From Basidiobolus meristosporus CBS 931.73 (Eukaryota > Fungi > Basidiobolomycota), in NCBI GenBank assembly GCA_002104905.1, contig MCFE01000117.1:62001-126000 (forward strand): 64,000 nucleotides of DNA. Reading direction: 5' to 3'. The notes under the pieces are model-generated. The model made no database searches, was not told the origin of the DNA, and worked only from the letters and a program-made list of their open reading frames with translations. The translations under genes were made by a program, and so were the position numbers. The first letter of the stretch is position 1. Each line of letters starts with the position of its first letter. Below, in pieces: positions 1 to 13,516 of the stretch.

Positions 1-3000
1 TGACCTTGTACTTGGGAAAACCTGGCTATTTTGTTGTAATCCATCAATCAACTGGAGAACCCATGTTATTCAGATCCAGAGGTACAATCAGACCTATGGG
101 CTATTACCTTCCAGACTGGATTTTAACTTGGTCAATTCCAGTGTGTGCAAACAAGTGAACTTGGCAAAATACAGTTCTGTAGAGCACTAAGAAAATGCAC
201 CCAGATGTTCCTCATGGCAGTTTTACAGGAGGATTGCTCTACTCCTGTACCCCAGAAGGTCCAGACTCTTTTGAAGGAGTATTCAGACATATTTCTACAA
301 GAGCTTGTAAGCCTACCACCAGTCAGAGATGTGGATCATGCCATTGCAACAGGAGATAGCCCTCCAGTGAATAAGACACCATACAGAATGAGTCCACTAG
401 AGTTGGAAGAGATGAAGAGACATATAGATCAGTTACTGGAGCAAGGATATATCAGACGCAGCAAGTCACCTTGGGGAACACCAGCACTTTTTGTGAAGAA
501 GGATGGAACACTTAGGGTGCGCATTGACTACAGAGTCCTAAACTCAGTTACTGTGAAAAATAAGTACCCCATATCCTGGATTGATGAGCTCCTTAGCCAA
601 CTAAATGGAGCCACTATTTTCAGCAAGATTGAACTCATGTCAGGATATAACCAGATTAGGGTGAAGCCAGAAGACATCCCTGAGACAGCATTCAGGACCA
701 GATATTGACATTATGAGTACTTAGTCATGAGTTTTGCCCTCACCAATGCCCCTGCAACATTCATGATCCTGATGCAGACTGTATTCTAGGAGTACTTATA
801 CAAGTTTGTCATTATCAACCTAGATGATATATTGATATATAGCAAGACAGAAGAAGATCAAATGGTGCACATTGAAAAGGTCTTGAAGAAGCTAAGAGAG
901 AACAAGCTCTATGGCAGGCTACCCAAGTGTGAATTCTTCAAGGAACATGTTGAATATCTGGGACACATAGTGACTAGCACAGGAGTAACCTTAGACTCTA
1001 AGAAGGTTGAAGTTATCAAGAATCCGAAGCAGCCCCATAGCATATCAAAGCTTTGATCATTCCTTGGAATGGTCTCCTATTATTGGGGATTTGTCAAGTA
1101 CTTTGCAAGTATTGCAGCTCCTTTAGCTGATATCCTCAAGAAAGACAATACCTACAAGTGGGACATAGCTTGTGAGACTGCCTTCCAGACTCTCAAGAAT
1201 GAACTTGCTAAGCTGCCAAGCTCAAGAATACTCAACTTCAGAAAAGAGTTTACTCTGTGCACAGATGCTTCAAAATATGCAATAAGTGAAGTGTGGGGCC
1301 AAGAACATGAGGAAAAGGACTACTCCATTGCCTTTGAATCCAAGAAACTGAACTCAGCAGAACAAAACTATCCAGTCCATGAGAAGGAGATACTTGCTAT
1401 AATACACTGTTTAAAGACATGGAGATGCTATATTGAAGGAGTCAAGTGCACCTTAAAGACTGATCCTGCCTCCCTCAAGTATATATTTACTCAGAAGGTC
1501 CTCTCTTGAAGAATGTCAAGGTGGAGTGAATACATTCAGCAATTTGACTTGGAGATTATCTACTGCCCTGGAAAAAACAACATGGTTGCTGATGCCTTAT
1601 GAAGATTAGATCAGGTTGCACAACTCAACTTGGTGCATGAATCAGATTGGCCTAGCCTATTACCAAAGTACTTGGAGGACCAAGCCATTCATAATAAGGT
1701 GGATGAAGATATCAAGAAGATAATCAGGGATGAAGCCAGCAAACTTGTAGTACAGGATAAACGCTCTACAAAATTGTTGATGGAAGCCCTATTGCCTATT
1801 GCCCGTATGTTTCTTGCCTGGATTTAATACATAAGCTACACAATGGATATGGACATCTTGGAATTGAAGGAACCAATAGCCTTGTGAAAGCCAGAGCATG
1901 GTGGCCCAGAATGAAACAAGACAATGAGAAGCTAGTGAAAACATGCCCAAATTGACAAATCAGCCAAGGCCAACTACAGAAAATTGCTGAACTCTTTCCC
2001 TTGAAGCCTATAAGACCATTTGAAAGATGGGGAATTGACTTTATTGGAAGACTGCCAACTACCAGGAAATGCAACTGTTGGATCCTAGTAGCAATTAACC
2101 ATGCCACTAAATGGCCAGTGGCTAAAGATGTACCTATAGCCAGTGAGCAATAAGTTGCAAGTTTCATCTACCATAAGATCCTTATGAAGTTTGGATGCCC
2201 TGTAGAAATTTTATCTGATAGAGGTGCAAACTTTATGGCAAAGATATTAAAAGCTTACCTGGAAATGCAGCAGATCAAACATTTGAGAACCTTGGCATAT
2301 CACCTCAAAACTAATGGAGTCACCAAATGGTTTAATGGATTATTTGGACAAATGCTGACCAAGTATGCAAATGGAGTTATCAGTAGATGGGATGAGTATA
2401 TAGACCAAGCACTCTTTGCATGCAGAGTCAGACAACACAACACCACCCAGCAGTTGCCATTTTACTCAGTGTTTAGATGTGAACCAAGGATTCCAGGAGA
2501 TCTCTCACAACCAAAGCTTAGAGACACCTTAGAAAATGAACTCAGTCAACCAAGTAGACACCAGCCACTGGAACAAAGACGTAAAGAGGCACAGACCAAA
2601 GTATCTCAAAGTGCAGAAAAGATGAAGCAGAGATTTGATAAGACTATAGCACCAGAAGCATTGACAGTTGGGAACTTTGTATTGCTAAGAAACAACACTT
2701 GGAAGAAGTTTGAGCCACAATGGACAGGACTGTTCAAGATCATCAGAGAATGTCCATTTGCCACATACCAACTAGTGGACAAACAAGGCAATATCTGGGA
2801 AGACTTAGTACATAGAGACAGACTCAAGCTTGCAAGACTTGCTGATAATACTGAACCATCAAGATATTGGTATCACAAGAAAAGAGATTCAGGAGAACCC
2901 TCTCAACTCTAACAGGGGAGAATGTTATGATCTGCTGCTTGAATGTTTAAGTTAGATCAGTTTTTAGTCAAAACAATTAGTATATGTTTAGGTTATCAGT

Positions 3001-3286
3001 ATATTGGTATTATCTATCAAATCAGTAGTATTAGTCAGCAAATGAATCAGCAGATCCTTATCAGACAGAAATAGCTATTTTAGGTAGGATCTTCTTGGGT
3101 GATGATGCAATCAAATGGGTCATCAGCCACAGCCTATATTAGGAAATACAATTTGTCAGCACTGATCTGGCAAGAATTTATATAAGGAGCTGCTGGACTT
3201 CAATAAAAACCAGTTCAAACTCTAGTGAATACAATTCTAGCTAAACTCCCTATTCCTCTACAACTCTTATACCTAGACTTGTAACA
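1..3286 (+). mobile_element. Ty3/Gypsy Family 1 copy A (cut by window edge; degenerate protease end-RT-RNaseH-integrase plus 3' LTR)
   Basis: ORF fragments [30 protein letters not shown] and SDRG with multiple stops; integrase ends GEPSQL* at 2912; PPT AGGGGAGAA 2914-2922. Confidence 0.93.
2923..3286 (+). repeat. 3' LTR of copy A
   Basis: TGTTATGA...GTAACA termini, 364 bp, homologous to the other Family 1 LTRs. Confidence 0.93.
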
Positions 3287-4477
3287 CTTTAATATAACCC
3301 AAGGGTCATTGATGAGCCTTCAAGCAGATATTTGGGCACCACTTATTGATCTAGCAGAACTGGATACCTCTGGGAGATAACAGATATGTAAGAGTTGGTG
3401 TGGAAAGCAGTGGCATGTGCACTATATCAATATGCTGGCAGATGTATAAAACAACAAGTATTGAAATCCAGAATGAGCTGAGGGTGAGGGGATTTGATGA
3501 GGAAGCTGCTCTCACACAAGTTATGTGCAATTTTTGCAATACGTGTCAGAAGCATCTTTTTATGTCTCAATTCTGGTGACCACAAAGATTTTGAATGAGT
3601 TTTTACCTCAAATGACTAATGTGCTGCCTGATATATTAGTGCAGATATGTAGCATTCAAAAGTAATATACACAGGACTCATCAAAGCAATGTTTTAAAGT
3701 TTCCAACAGCAGGCAAGTTAGTACCTTGAGTAATCAACAGGTGAGCTTCAAGACAAAGAACACACTAACAATAACCATCCAGAAGTACCACTACTGCAGG
3801 AGCCTTTGAAGAGGAAAAGAATGCATCGATGTGTGGCACTTCAGGCTGGTTCTTAGGAGCAGTTTGCATGGTCAAGCTACAGCACTACACTGATCAATCA
3901 GGAGGCAAAATACTGACTACAAGTACACTTGCAGCAAGGATTATTGTTAACAAGAAGGCAGTGTTGGTGCACAAAGAGAGTACTACTAAATGTGTCATAA
4001 GTAACACCTGGGAGAAAAAAAACAGGGAGAAGATGATAATTTTGCATTGATATGCTATTACTTGTCAAGATTCAAACGTTGCACTTTGTTTTCAATCCAA
4101 GCCCAGCCTTGGCACACCAATGATCACTAAAGTCTTGATGTAAGTAATACCAGGGTTATCTCACACTTGGGACAGAGCCCCTAAAAAAACACCATGAATA
4201 CTTATATATCATCTTTTACACCACTGCAGCCATTTGATTTGTCTTGCAGCTACCTTTTGCTTGTTGCATGCTTGCTACAACACCTTGTCCAATCAGAAAA
4301 ATTAGAGATTCACTGGCTCAATGGGCATAAGAAGATATTTGATGGCAAAGTAGAAAGCTTGTGTATTGGCCAATGGACTAGATGGTGGCTCACATCTTCA
4401 GTATATTCTTAGACCTACCAACCACTGATATTTTGTCCCACTTGAGTCATGGTAATCAAAATGATTCAAATCATTAT

Positions 4478-4845
4478 TGTTATGATCTGCAGCTTGAATG
4501 TTTAAGTTAGATCAGTTTTTAGTCAAATCAATTAGTATATGTTTAGGTTATCAGTATATCAGTATTATCTATCAAATCAGTAGCATTAGTCAGCAAATAA
4601 ATCAGCAGATCCTTATCAGACAGAAATAGATATATTAAGTAAGATCCTATTGGGTGATGATGATGCAATCAAAAGAATCATCAGCCACAACCTACATTAG
4701 GAAATACAATTAGTCAGCAATTGATCTGGCAAAATGTATATAAGGAGCTGCTGGAACCTCAATAAAAATCAGTTCAAGTTTTAGTGAATACAATACTAGC
4801 TAAACTCCCTATTCCTCTACAACTCTTATACCAAGACTTGTAACA
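4478..4845 (+). repeat. 5' LTR of copy B
   Basis: TGTTATGA...GTAACA; TATATAA followed by AATAAA; about 14 differences from the 3' LTR by manual alignment (~96% identity). Confidence 0.95.
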
Positions 4846-4846
4846 T

Positions 4847-4859
4847 TGGTAGCAGCAAT
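4847..4859 (+). promoter_or_regulatory. Primer-binding site of Family 1, initiator tRNA-Met 3' end type
   Basis: TGGTAGCAGCAAT 1 nt after the LTR; TGGTAGC complements the ...GCUACCA end of eukaryotic tRNA-iMet; copy G has TGGTAGCTGCAAT (37351-37363, minus). Confidence 0.75.
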
Positions 4860-4996
4860 AACCAGAAACCTCCCTCCTGAAGAAAGAAGAAACCACCCTC
4901 AAGATGTTGGACAATCAAGAATGGAAGAATGCCATGCAGCAAATCCTGGCCCAATAGCAACAGTTACTCCAGATCCTCAGCCAACCGCAACAAGGA

Positions 4997-7900
4997 ATGA
5001 CTACCATGGCTCAGAACCAGCAATGCCCTGTTAAGATCAACTTTAGTGTGAAGGTCAACCGGTACCATGGCAGAGTCAATGAAAACCTGGGAACTTGGCT
5101 CTTTCAGATTGAAGAAGCTTTTAAAGCTAAAGGAATTGCTCCAGAAAGCAAGTTGCACTATGCAGCTTCTTACCTGGCAGATGCAGCTTTACAGTGGTAC
5201 CACAACAAGATCAGGTCAGCTACTATGATGGGATGCTCTACAATCTCTACCTGGGATGAGTTTGTGTTGGAAATTCAGGATGCTTTTGAAGCTCCACACC
5301 AGCAGACACTACTAAGAAGGAAGTTAAAGACACTCAGACAGAAAGTACATGAGTCCAGATGTCTACTTGGACAAATTGAAAGAATGGACCCCTTGGATCA
5401 AGTTGAATACTTTATTGATGGGTTGAAAGAAAGAACTTGCAAGGAAGTCAATTACCAAAGACCTCAGACTATTGAAGAAGCCATCAAGATTGCCATTGAC
5501 TATGACTCAGCTATGTTTGGAGGTGGGAAGCCTACAGTGACTAATCAGAAAAGCTATAATCATTATGAAAGAAGACAATCAGAAGCAGTATCAATGGAAA
5601 TAGACGCTATGCAGAAGAATCCCTCCTCACAAGAATGCAAGAAGAGAGGACTTTGCTTCAATTTCCACCAGCAGGGACATACTGCAAAGTACTGCCCTGA
5701 GAGAAGAAATGGACACCAGCCACCAAGAACCTTCAGCCATGTTGAGTCCCATGAACACAGTAATGTGGAAGATGAGCTTGAAGAAGACTTGGAACTCACC
5801 TTGCATATGACAGAAGAGTACTTGTCCCAAATGACTTCAAACTCAGCGAAGTTATTGTACTTGAATGGAGTAATCAATGGAGTACCTGCCAAGATCATGA
5901 TTGACTCAGGAGCATTGCATGAGTACATATCAGAGCAATTTGCTTTGAAAGCTGGAATCAACTTGGAACCTACCAAATCAACTTCAGTCTCCACAGCTGA
6001 TGGGAACTCCCACATAATCAACCGTATTACCCAGCCAGTAAGAATGAAGAACAATGAGTATGAAGAAGACCTACAGGCTTTTATATTTGGGAACTGCAAG
6101 TTTGACCTTGTACTTGGAAAAACCTGGCTATTTTGTCATAATCCATCAATCAACTGGAGAACCCATGCTACTCAGATCCAAAAAGACAACAAGACCTATG
6201 AGCTATTACCTGCTAGGCTGGATTTTAACCTGGTCAATTCCAGTATGTGTGAGACAAGTGAACTTAGCAAGACCCAGTTCTGTAGAGCGTTGAGAAAAGG
6301 TATTCAGATGTTCCTCATGGCGGTTTTACAGGAGGATTCCTCTACCCCAGCACCCCAGCAGGTCCAGACTCTCTTGAAGAAATATTCAGACATGTTCCCA
6401 GATGAGCTTGTAATCCTACCACCAGTCAGAGACATGGATCATGCCATTGACACAGGAAATAGCCCTCCAGTGAGCAAGGCACCTTACAGAATGAGTCCAT
6501 TGGAATTGGAGGAAATGAATAGACAAATTGATCAGCTATTGGAGCAAGGATACATCAGGCCCAGCAAGTCACCCCGGGGAGCACCAGTGCTTTTTGTGAA
6601 AAAGAAGGATGGAACACTTAGGATGTGCATTGACTACAGAGCACTGAACTCAGTTACCGTCAAGAATAAGTACCCCATACCTTAGATTGATGAGCTTTTG
6701 GACCTACTTAATGGAGCCACTATTCTCAGTAAGATTGACCTCATGTCAGGATACAACCAAATTAGGGTGAAACCAGAAGATATTCCTAAGACAGCATTTA
6801 GGACCAGATATGGACATTACAAGTACTTAGTCATGAGTTTTGGCCTCACTAATGCCCCTGCAACTTTCATGATGCTGATGCAGACTGTCTTTCAGGAGTA
6901 CTTAGACAGGTTTGTGATAATCTACCTGGATGACATATTGATATACAGCAAGACAGAAGAGGATCATGTAGTGCACATTGAAAAGGTCTTGAAGAAGCTA
7001 AGAGAAAACAAGCTATATGGCAAGCTAGCCAAGTGTGAATTCTTCAAGGAGCACGTTGAATACCTGGGACACATAGTGACTAGCACAGGAGTAACCTTAG
7101 ACCCCAACAAGGTGGAAGTAATCAAGAATTTGAAGCAGCCCCATAGCATATCAGAGCTCAGATCCTTCCTTGTAATGGTTTTCTATTATTGGAGATTTGT
7201 CAAGTCATTTGCAAGTATTGCAGCCCCTTTAACTGATGTCCTCAAGAAAGACAATACCTACAAGTGGGACATAGCTTGTGAGACTGCCTTCCAGACACTC
7301 AAGAATGAACTTGCTAAGCTGCCAAGCTTAAGAATACCAGACTTCAGAAAAGAGTTCACTCTGTGCACAGATGCTTCAGATTATGCAATTGGTGGAGTGC
7401 TGAGCCAAGAACACAAGGGAAAGGACTACCCTGCTGCCTTTGAATCCAAGAAACTAAACTCAGCAGAACAAAACTATCCAGTCCATGAGAAGGAGATGCT
7501 TGCTATTAAACACTGTTTGAAGACATGGAGATGCTATATTGAAGGAGTCAAATGCACTGTCAAGACTGATCATGCCTCCCTCAAGTATATATTTACTCAG
7601 AAGGTACTCTTCAGAAGAATGACAAGATGGAGTAAATACTTTCAGCAATTTGACCTGGAGATTGTCTACTGCCCTGGAAAATACAACATGGTTGCTGATG
7701 CCTTATCAAGATTAGATCAAGTTGCACAACTCAACTTGGTGCATGAATCAGATTGGCCTAGCCTATTACCAAAGTACTTGGAGGACCAAGCCATTCCTAA
7801 TGATGTGGATGAAGATATCAAGAAGATAATCCGTGATGAAGCCAGCAAATTTGTAGTTCAGGATGAAACACTCTACCAAATTGTTGATGGAAGCCCTATT

Positions 7901-9017
7901 GCCTATTGCCCTTATGTTTCTCACCTGGATTTAATACATAAGCTACACAATGGATATGGACATCTTGGAATTGAAGGAACCTATAGTCTTGTGAAAGCCA
8001 GAGCATGGTGGCCCAGAATGAAACAAGAGATTGAGAAGCTAGTAAAACATGCCCAAACTGCCAAATCAATCAAGGCCAGCCACAAAGAATTGCCAAACTC
8101 TTCCCTTTGGAGCCTGTAAGACCATTTGAGAGATGGGGAATTGACTTTATTGGAAGACTGCCAACCACCAGGAAATGCAACCGTTGGATCCTAGTAGCAA
8201 TTGACCATGCCACTAAATGGCCAGTTGCTAAAGCTGTAGCAATAGCCAGTGAACAAGAAGTTGCAAGTTTCATTTACCATGAGATCCTGATGATGTTTGG
8301 ATGCCCTGTGGAGATCTTATCTGATAGAGGAGCAAACTTTATGGCAAAGACATTAGAGGCTTACCTGGAAATGCAGCAGATCAGACACTTGAAAACCTTA
8401 GCATATCACCCAGAACTAATGGAGTCACTGAGCGGTTTAATGGATTATTTGGAAAAATGCTCACCAAGTATTCAAATGGAGTTGTCAGTAGATGGGATGA
8501 GTATATAGACCAAGCACTCTTTGCATGCAGAGTCAGAGTACACAACACCACCCAGCAATCACCATTTTACTTAGTGTATGGATGTGAACCAAGGATTCAA
8601 GGTGATCTCACACAACCCAAGCTTACAGACACCTTAGAAAATGAACTTAGTCAGCCAAGTAGACACCAGCAACTGGAACAAAGATGTCAAGAGGCACAGA
8701 CCAAAGTATCTCAAAGTGCAGAAAAGATGAAGCAGAGATTTGATAAGACTATAGCACCAGAAGCATTGACAGTTGGGAACTTTGTATTGCTAAGAAACAA
8801 CACTTGGAAGAAGTTTGAGCCACAATGGACAGGGCCATTCAAGATCATCGGAGAATGTCCATTTGCAACTTACCAACTGGTGGACAAACAAGGCAATATC
8901 CAGGAAGACTTAGTGCATAGGGACAGACTCAAGCTTGCAAGACTTGCTGATAATACTGAACCATCAAGATATTGGTATCGCAAGAAAAGAGATTCAGGAG
9001 AACCCTCTCAACTTTAG
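4997..9017 (+). pseudogene. gag-pol of copy B (Gag, zinc knuckle, aspartic protease, RT, RNase H, integrase), disrupted
   Basis: [23 protein letters not shown]; IDSGA; YLDDILIYS; TDAS; WGIDFIG/SDRG; WTGPF. Gag and RT in one frame; TAG at 6683-6685; frameshifts near 8045 and 8410. Confidence 0.93.
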
Positions 9018-9027
9018 TAGGGGGGAA

Positions 9028-9395
9028 TGTTATGATCTGCTGCTTTAATGTTTAAGTTAGATCAGTTTTTAGTCAAATCAATTAGTATATGTTTAGGTTA
9101 TCAGTATATCAGTATTATCTATCAAATCAGTAGCATTAGTCAGCAAATGAATCAGCAGATCCTTATTAGACAGAAATAGATATATTAAGTAGGATCTTAT
9201 TGGGTGATGATGATGCAATCAAATGAGTTCTCAGCCACAACCTACGTTAGGAAATACAATTAGTCAGCAATTGATCTGGCAAAATGTATATAAGGAGCTG
9301 CTGGAACCTCAATGAAAATCAGTTCAAGTTTTAGTGAATACAATACTAGCTAAACTTCCTATTCCTCTACAACTCTTAAACCAAGACTTGTAACA
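9028..9395 (+). repeat. 3' LTR of copy B
   Basis: Preceded by PPT AGGGGGGAA (9019-9027); TG...CA termini. Confidence 0.95.
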
Positions 9396-9809
9396 CTATA
9401 GGTGTAGTGCAAAACCCACTTATTTCTACTTACATGTATCTTGAATATCATAACCAGTTGTTTGTGACAACAGTGGATCAAGCCACATGCTCTGGCACAG
9501 TACAGTGGTACAATTATAATAGGCAAGCTGCTATGTGTAGTTCTGTTGCGCATCAACATTCAAGTCAAAGTCAATTTTACTCCACTTGAAAATTTAGTAC
9601 CATCACTGATTTTTGCTCACCAAAACATAATTCATCCCAGCGGTGGTTATTTCATTCCATCTAAGAAATCCATTCATAACTCTGATACCTGCTCAATTTT
9701 CATGTGGTCATTATGTTGTATATTAATCTGCTAAGCCTTCCCAGGTGATTTGTAATATGAGATCCATCCAACCACTTTGTTGTTGACAAGGCATCAGCAT
9801 ATAGATGAT

Positions 9810-12293
9810 GCAAATTTCAGGACTAGATATGGACAATATGAGTACTTAGTCATGGGTGTTGGCCTCACCAATGCTCCTGGAACATACAAGACCATGATGC
9901 ACGCCATTTTGCATGAGTACTTAAACAGGTTTGTGGTATTCTACCTAGATGACATACTGATATAGAGCAAGATGGAAGAGGTCCACTTTGTGCACATTGA
10001 ACAGGTCTAGAAGATGCTAAGAGAAATAAGCTATATGATAAGCTTGCAAAGTGTGAGTTCTCCAAGGAATACATCAGGTATCTGGGACATATAGTAAGTA
10101 GCAAAGGAGTGACCTTACACCCCAAGAGAGTGGACATCATCAATAATATGAGCAGCCAAACAGAATCTCAGAGCATGGATCATTTCTTGGAATGGTTCCC
10201 TACTATTGGAGATTTGTCAGGTCTTTTGCAAATATTGCAGTCCTTTTGACTGATATCTTCAAGCAAAACTACACCTTGAGGTGGGAAATTGCCTGTGAGA
10301 CTGCCAAGATTAAGAAAATCTGACTTCAAAAACATGTTCACTTGCTGCACAGATGCTTCATATTATACAATTTGTGGAGTACTGAGCCAAGAATACAAGG
10401 GAAAGAAACATCCTTTGCTCTTGAACCCAAGCAGCTGAACTCAGCAGAAAAAAACTATCCAGTTGATGTGAAAGAGATACTTGCCATAACACACTACTCA
10501 AAGACATGGGGATGCTACATTGAGGTAGTCAAGTGCATTGTGAAGAATGATAATACCCCAGTCAGTGTTTATTTTCTCAGCAAGCACTATCCAAGCAGAT
10601 GACAAGATGGAGTGAATACACTCAGCAATTTGACCTGGAGATGGTCTACTGCACTTGGAAAAATGACACTGTTGCTGATGCCATATCAAGACTAGAATAA
10701 GCTGCATAGCTCAACCTGGTGAATCAATCAGATTGGCCCAGCTTATTACAAAAGTACAAGGGATACCAAGCCATTCCTAGTGAGTTAGGTGAAGATATCT
10801 AGATGAGTGTCTAAGATGAAGCCAGCAGATTTATATAATGGAAGAAATATTCTACCAAAATTGCTGATGGAAACCCTATTATCCATTGCCCAATGTTGCT
10901 TGCCTGTATTCAATACACAGGCTACACAACTCATACAGATATTGTGGAACTGAAGCAACATATAGCTTTGTAAATGCTAGAGCATGGTGGCCCAGAATGA
11001 AGTAAGATATTGGGAAACTGGTGACATCATGCCCAAGTTGCCAAATCAACCAAAGCCAACCAGAGTATTGATGGCTATTTCCCTTGGAGCCTGTAGAGCC
11101 ATATGAGATATGAGGAATTGTCTTAATTTGAATGCTTACCACTACTAGGAAATGCTTCTGATGGATATCCAGTAGCAATTGACCATGCCACATAATGGAG
11201 AGTGATTGGAGATAGATCAGTAACCAGTGAGCAAAAAGTTGCAAATTTCATCTACCAAAAATTCTGATGAAGCTAGAATGCCCTGTGAGAATCATATATG
11301 ATAGTGAGGCAAACTTCATGACAAAAACATTGGAAGCCTACCTGGAAATGCAGCTGATCAAAAATATGAAAACTTGGGTATTTCACCCTAGAAGTAATGG
11401 AGTTGCAGAGCAGTTTAGTTCATTATTTGAAAAATGTTGACTAAGTATGCATATAGAGCTGTAAGTATCTGAGACAAATATATTGACTAAGTGCTACTTG
11501 TGTGCACAGTAAGGGTGCACAGCACTACCCAACAACTTGGAGGATGAACCTAGCCAGCTTAGTAGATACCAACAGCTGCAACAAAAATGTCAGAAGGCAC
11601 AAGCCAGAATCTATAAAGAAGCAGAAAAGATGAAGCAGAGACTTGACAAGATATTATTACCAAAGGCTTTGACATTTGGAAACTTCAAATTGCTAAGAAA
11701 CAACTCTTGGAAAATGTTTGAGCCATAATGGACAGGACAAATCAAGATAATCAGAAAATGTCTATCTGCAACTACCTGCTTGTTGACAAACAAGGGAATA
11801 TCAAAGAAGAGTTGGTTCATAGAGACAGAATCAAGCTTGCCAGACACACCAACAATGCTGAATCATTGCAACACAGGTATCACAAGAAGAGAGATCCAGG
11901 AGAACCCTCCTAGCTTTAGTAGGGAGGAATATTTCAATCAGATGTTTGAATGTTTGAGTTAGATCAGTTTTTGGTCAGATCAATTAGTTTTATACTTAGC
12001 CTGTCAGTATAGCTGTAATATCTATCAAATTGTAGTATACGTTAGCAGATACATCAGCATATTCTTATCAGACAGAAATAGTATATTTAGAAATATCTAA
12101 TTGGGTGATGATGATACAACTAAGTGAGTTGTCAGTCAAAACCTGCATTAGAAAATACAACAAGTCACCATCAATTCTGGCAAAATGTGTAGGGATCTGA
12201 TGGAACCTCAATGATACCAGGTCAAGTTTTAGTGAACTTAATACTAGCTGAATTCCATATTACTCTACAACTCCTATATTAAGACCTGTAACA
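9810..12293 (+). mobile_element. Old, 5'-truncated Family 1-related Gypsy copy E with diverged 3' LTR (11930-12293)
   Basis: FRTRYGQYEYLVM, YLDDILI, integrase tail KKRDPGEPS; PPT AGGGAGGAA; LTR ends GTAACA. Confidence 0.88.
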
Positions 12294-13229
12294 CATGAGA
12301 GTGCAATTCAGTATTATCTTGAATGTTACAATGCAAGATCATGGAACCTGAGTATATTTACATTGCTGAAGCTGATAAAGCTGGCTGGGAATTGTAGACT
12401 AGGAGTTTGAGAGACATGGGGAAACAGAAAATGAAACAATTGCACAAATATCATAGAGGCCAAGTGCTTGTAAGGGGTGCTCATTCAACAAACATGGTTG
12501 GCACTATTGCAGGGGCTCCAGTGACATAAGTAACACAAAATTATTTGCTACTGTATACTTGGATGTATTTGGCCCATGAGAACACTAAGCTTTGGATCCA
12601 AGGGTGATTCATGTTATTTATTGATGACAAGACAATATATACTGGGTGCACTTCTTAAAGAGAAAGAATGAGGCTTGATACATATTCAAGCATCTCAAGT
12701 GTATTGCAAATACACAAAATGGGTGGAGTTGTAGGGTACTCCAAAGTGGCAATGGAGGAGAATACTGCTCAAAGGAGTTTGCAAAGTTCTGTGCAATTAC
12801 TGGAATACTTCAGCTGAGCACTTTGCCACATACTCCACAGCAAAATAAAATAGTATCATGTACTAATTGGACAGTAGTATAGATGGGAAGATGAATCATA
12901 CATAATAAGGGAAAAGACTGCAGGTTCTGAGCTAATTCTAATGCTCCCACAGTAAACATAAAGAATAGATGCCTGGACACAGCTCTGGGTTACTTTTCAC
13001 CCTCTGAAGTATATACAGGCAAAAAACTAGACTTCAAGCACCTCAGAATCTTCAGCAGTGATATTTATATCCTATCCCTGACCAAAAATGATTGAAATGC
13101 ATGCTAAGAAGTGGAAAAAGGGATCATCCTTGGGTATTCAGAAGATACTAAAGGGAGAATGATGGAAAAATTCAGAAACTGATCCAGAGCAGAGACATTG
13201 CATTGGATATTAGACAGCCCATAATGCCT
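12294..13229 (+). mobile_element. Ty1/Copia relic 1, integrase part
   Basis: Manual translation gives YLDVFGP, FIDDK, GNGGEY, HTPQQN and YTGKKLDFKHLRIF, i.e. Copia rve motifs with stops and frameshifts. Confidence 0.85.
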
Positions 13230-13516
13230 TGTTACAAGTCATGGTATAAGAATTGTAGAGGAGTAGGGAGTTTAGCTAGTATTATAGTCACTGAAACTTG
13301 AACTGGTTTTTTTTGAGGTTCCAGCAATTTTTTATATACATTTTGCCAGATCAATTGCTGACTAATTGTATTTCCTATTGTAGGTTGTGGCCAATGACTC
13401 ATTTGAATGCATCATCATCAGCCAACAAGTTCCTACTTAATATATCGATTCCTGTCTGATAAGGATCTGCTGGTTCATTTGCTAACTAATAGTACTGATT
13501 TGATAGATTGCCCTAA

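Larger units (their letters stand above)
4478..9395 (+). mobile_element. Ty3/Gypsy Family 1 copy B, full length (4918 bp)
   Basis: Two 368-bp LTRs, PBS, gag-pol and PPT; flanks TTAT (4474-4477) and CTAT (9396-9399) form a 4-bp TSD with one C/T mismatch. Confidence 0.96.

Noticed and set aside
4730-4860. Tf1-like self-priming of Family 1
   Set aside because: The only LTR match to the PBS is 6 nt (GCTGCT); the TGG start and tRNA-iMet complementarity explain it better
6683-6685. TAG reassigned to a sense codon in this organism
   Set aside because: TAG terminates the integrase, ELF1, ssSPT and the Sel1 gene in the same window
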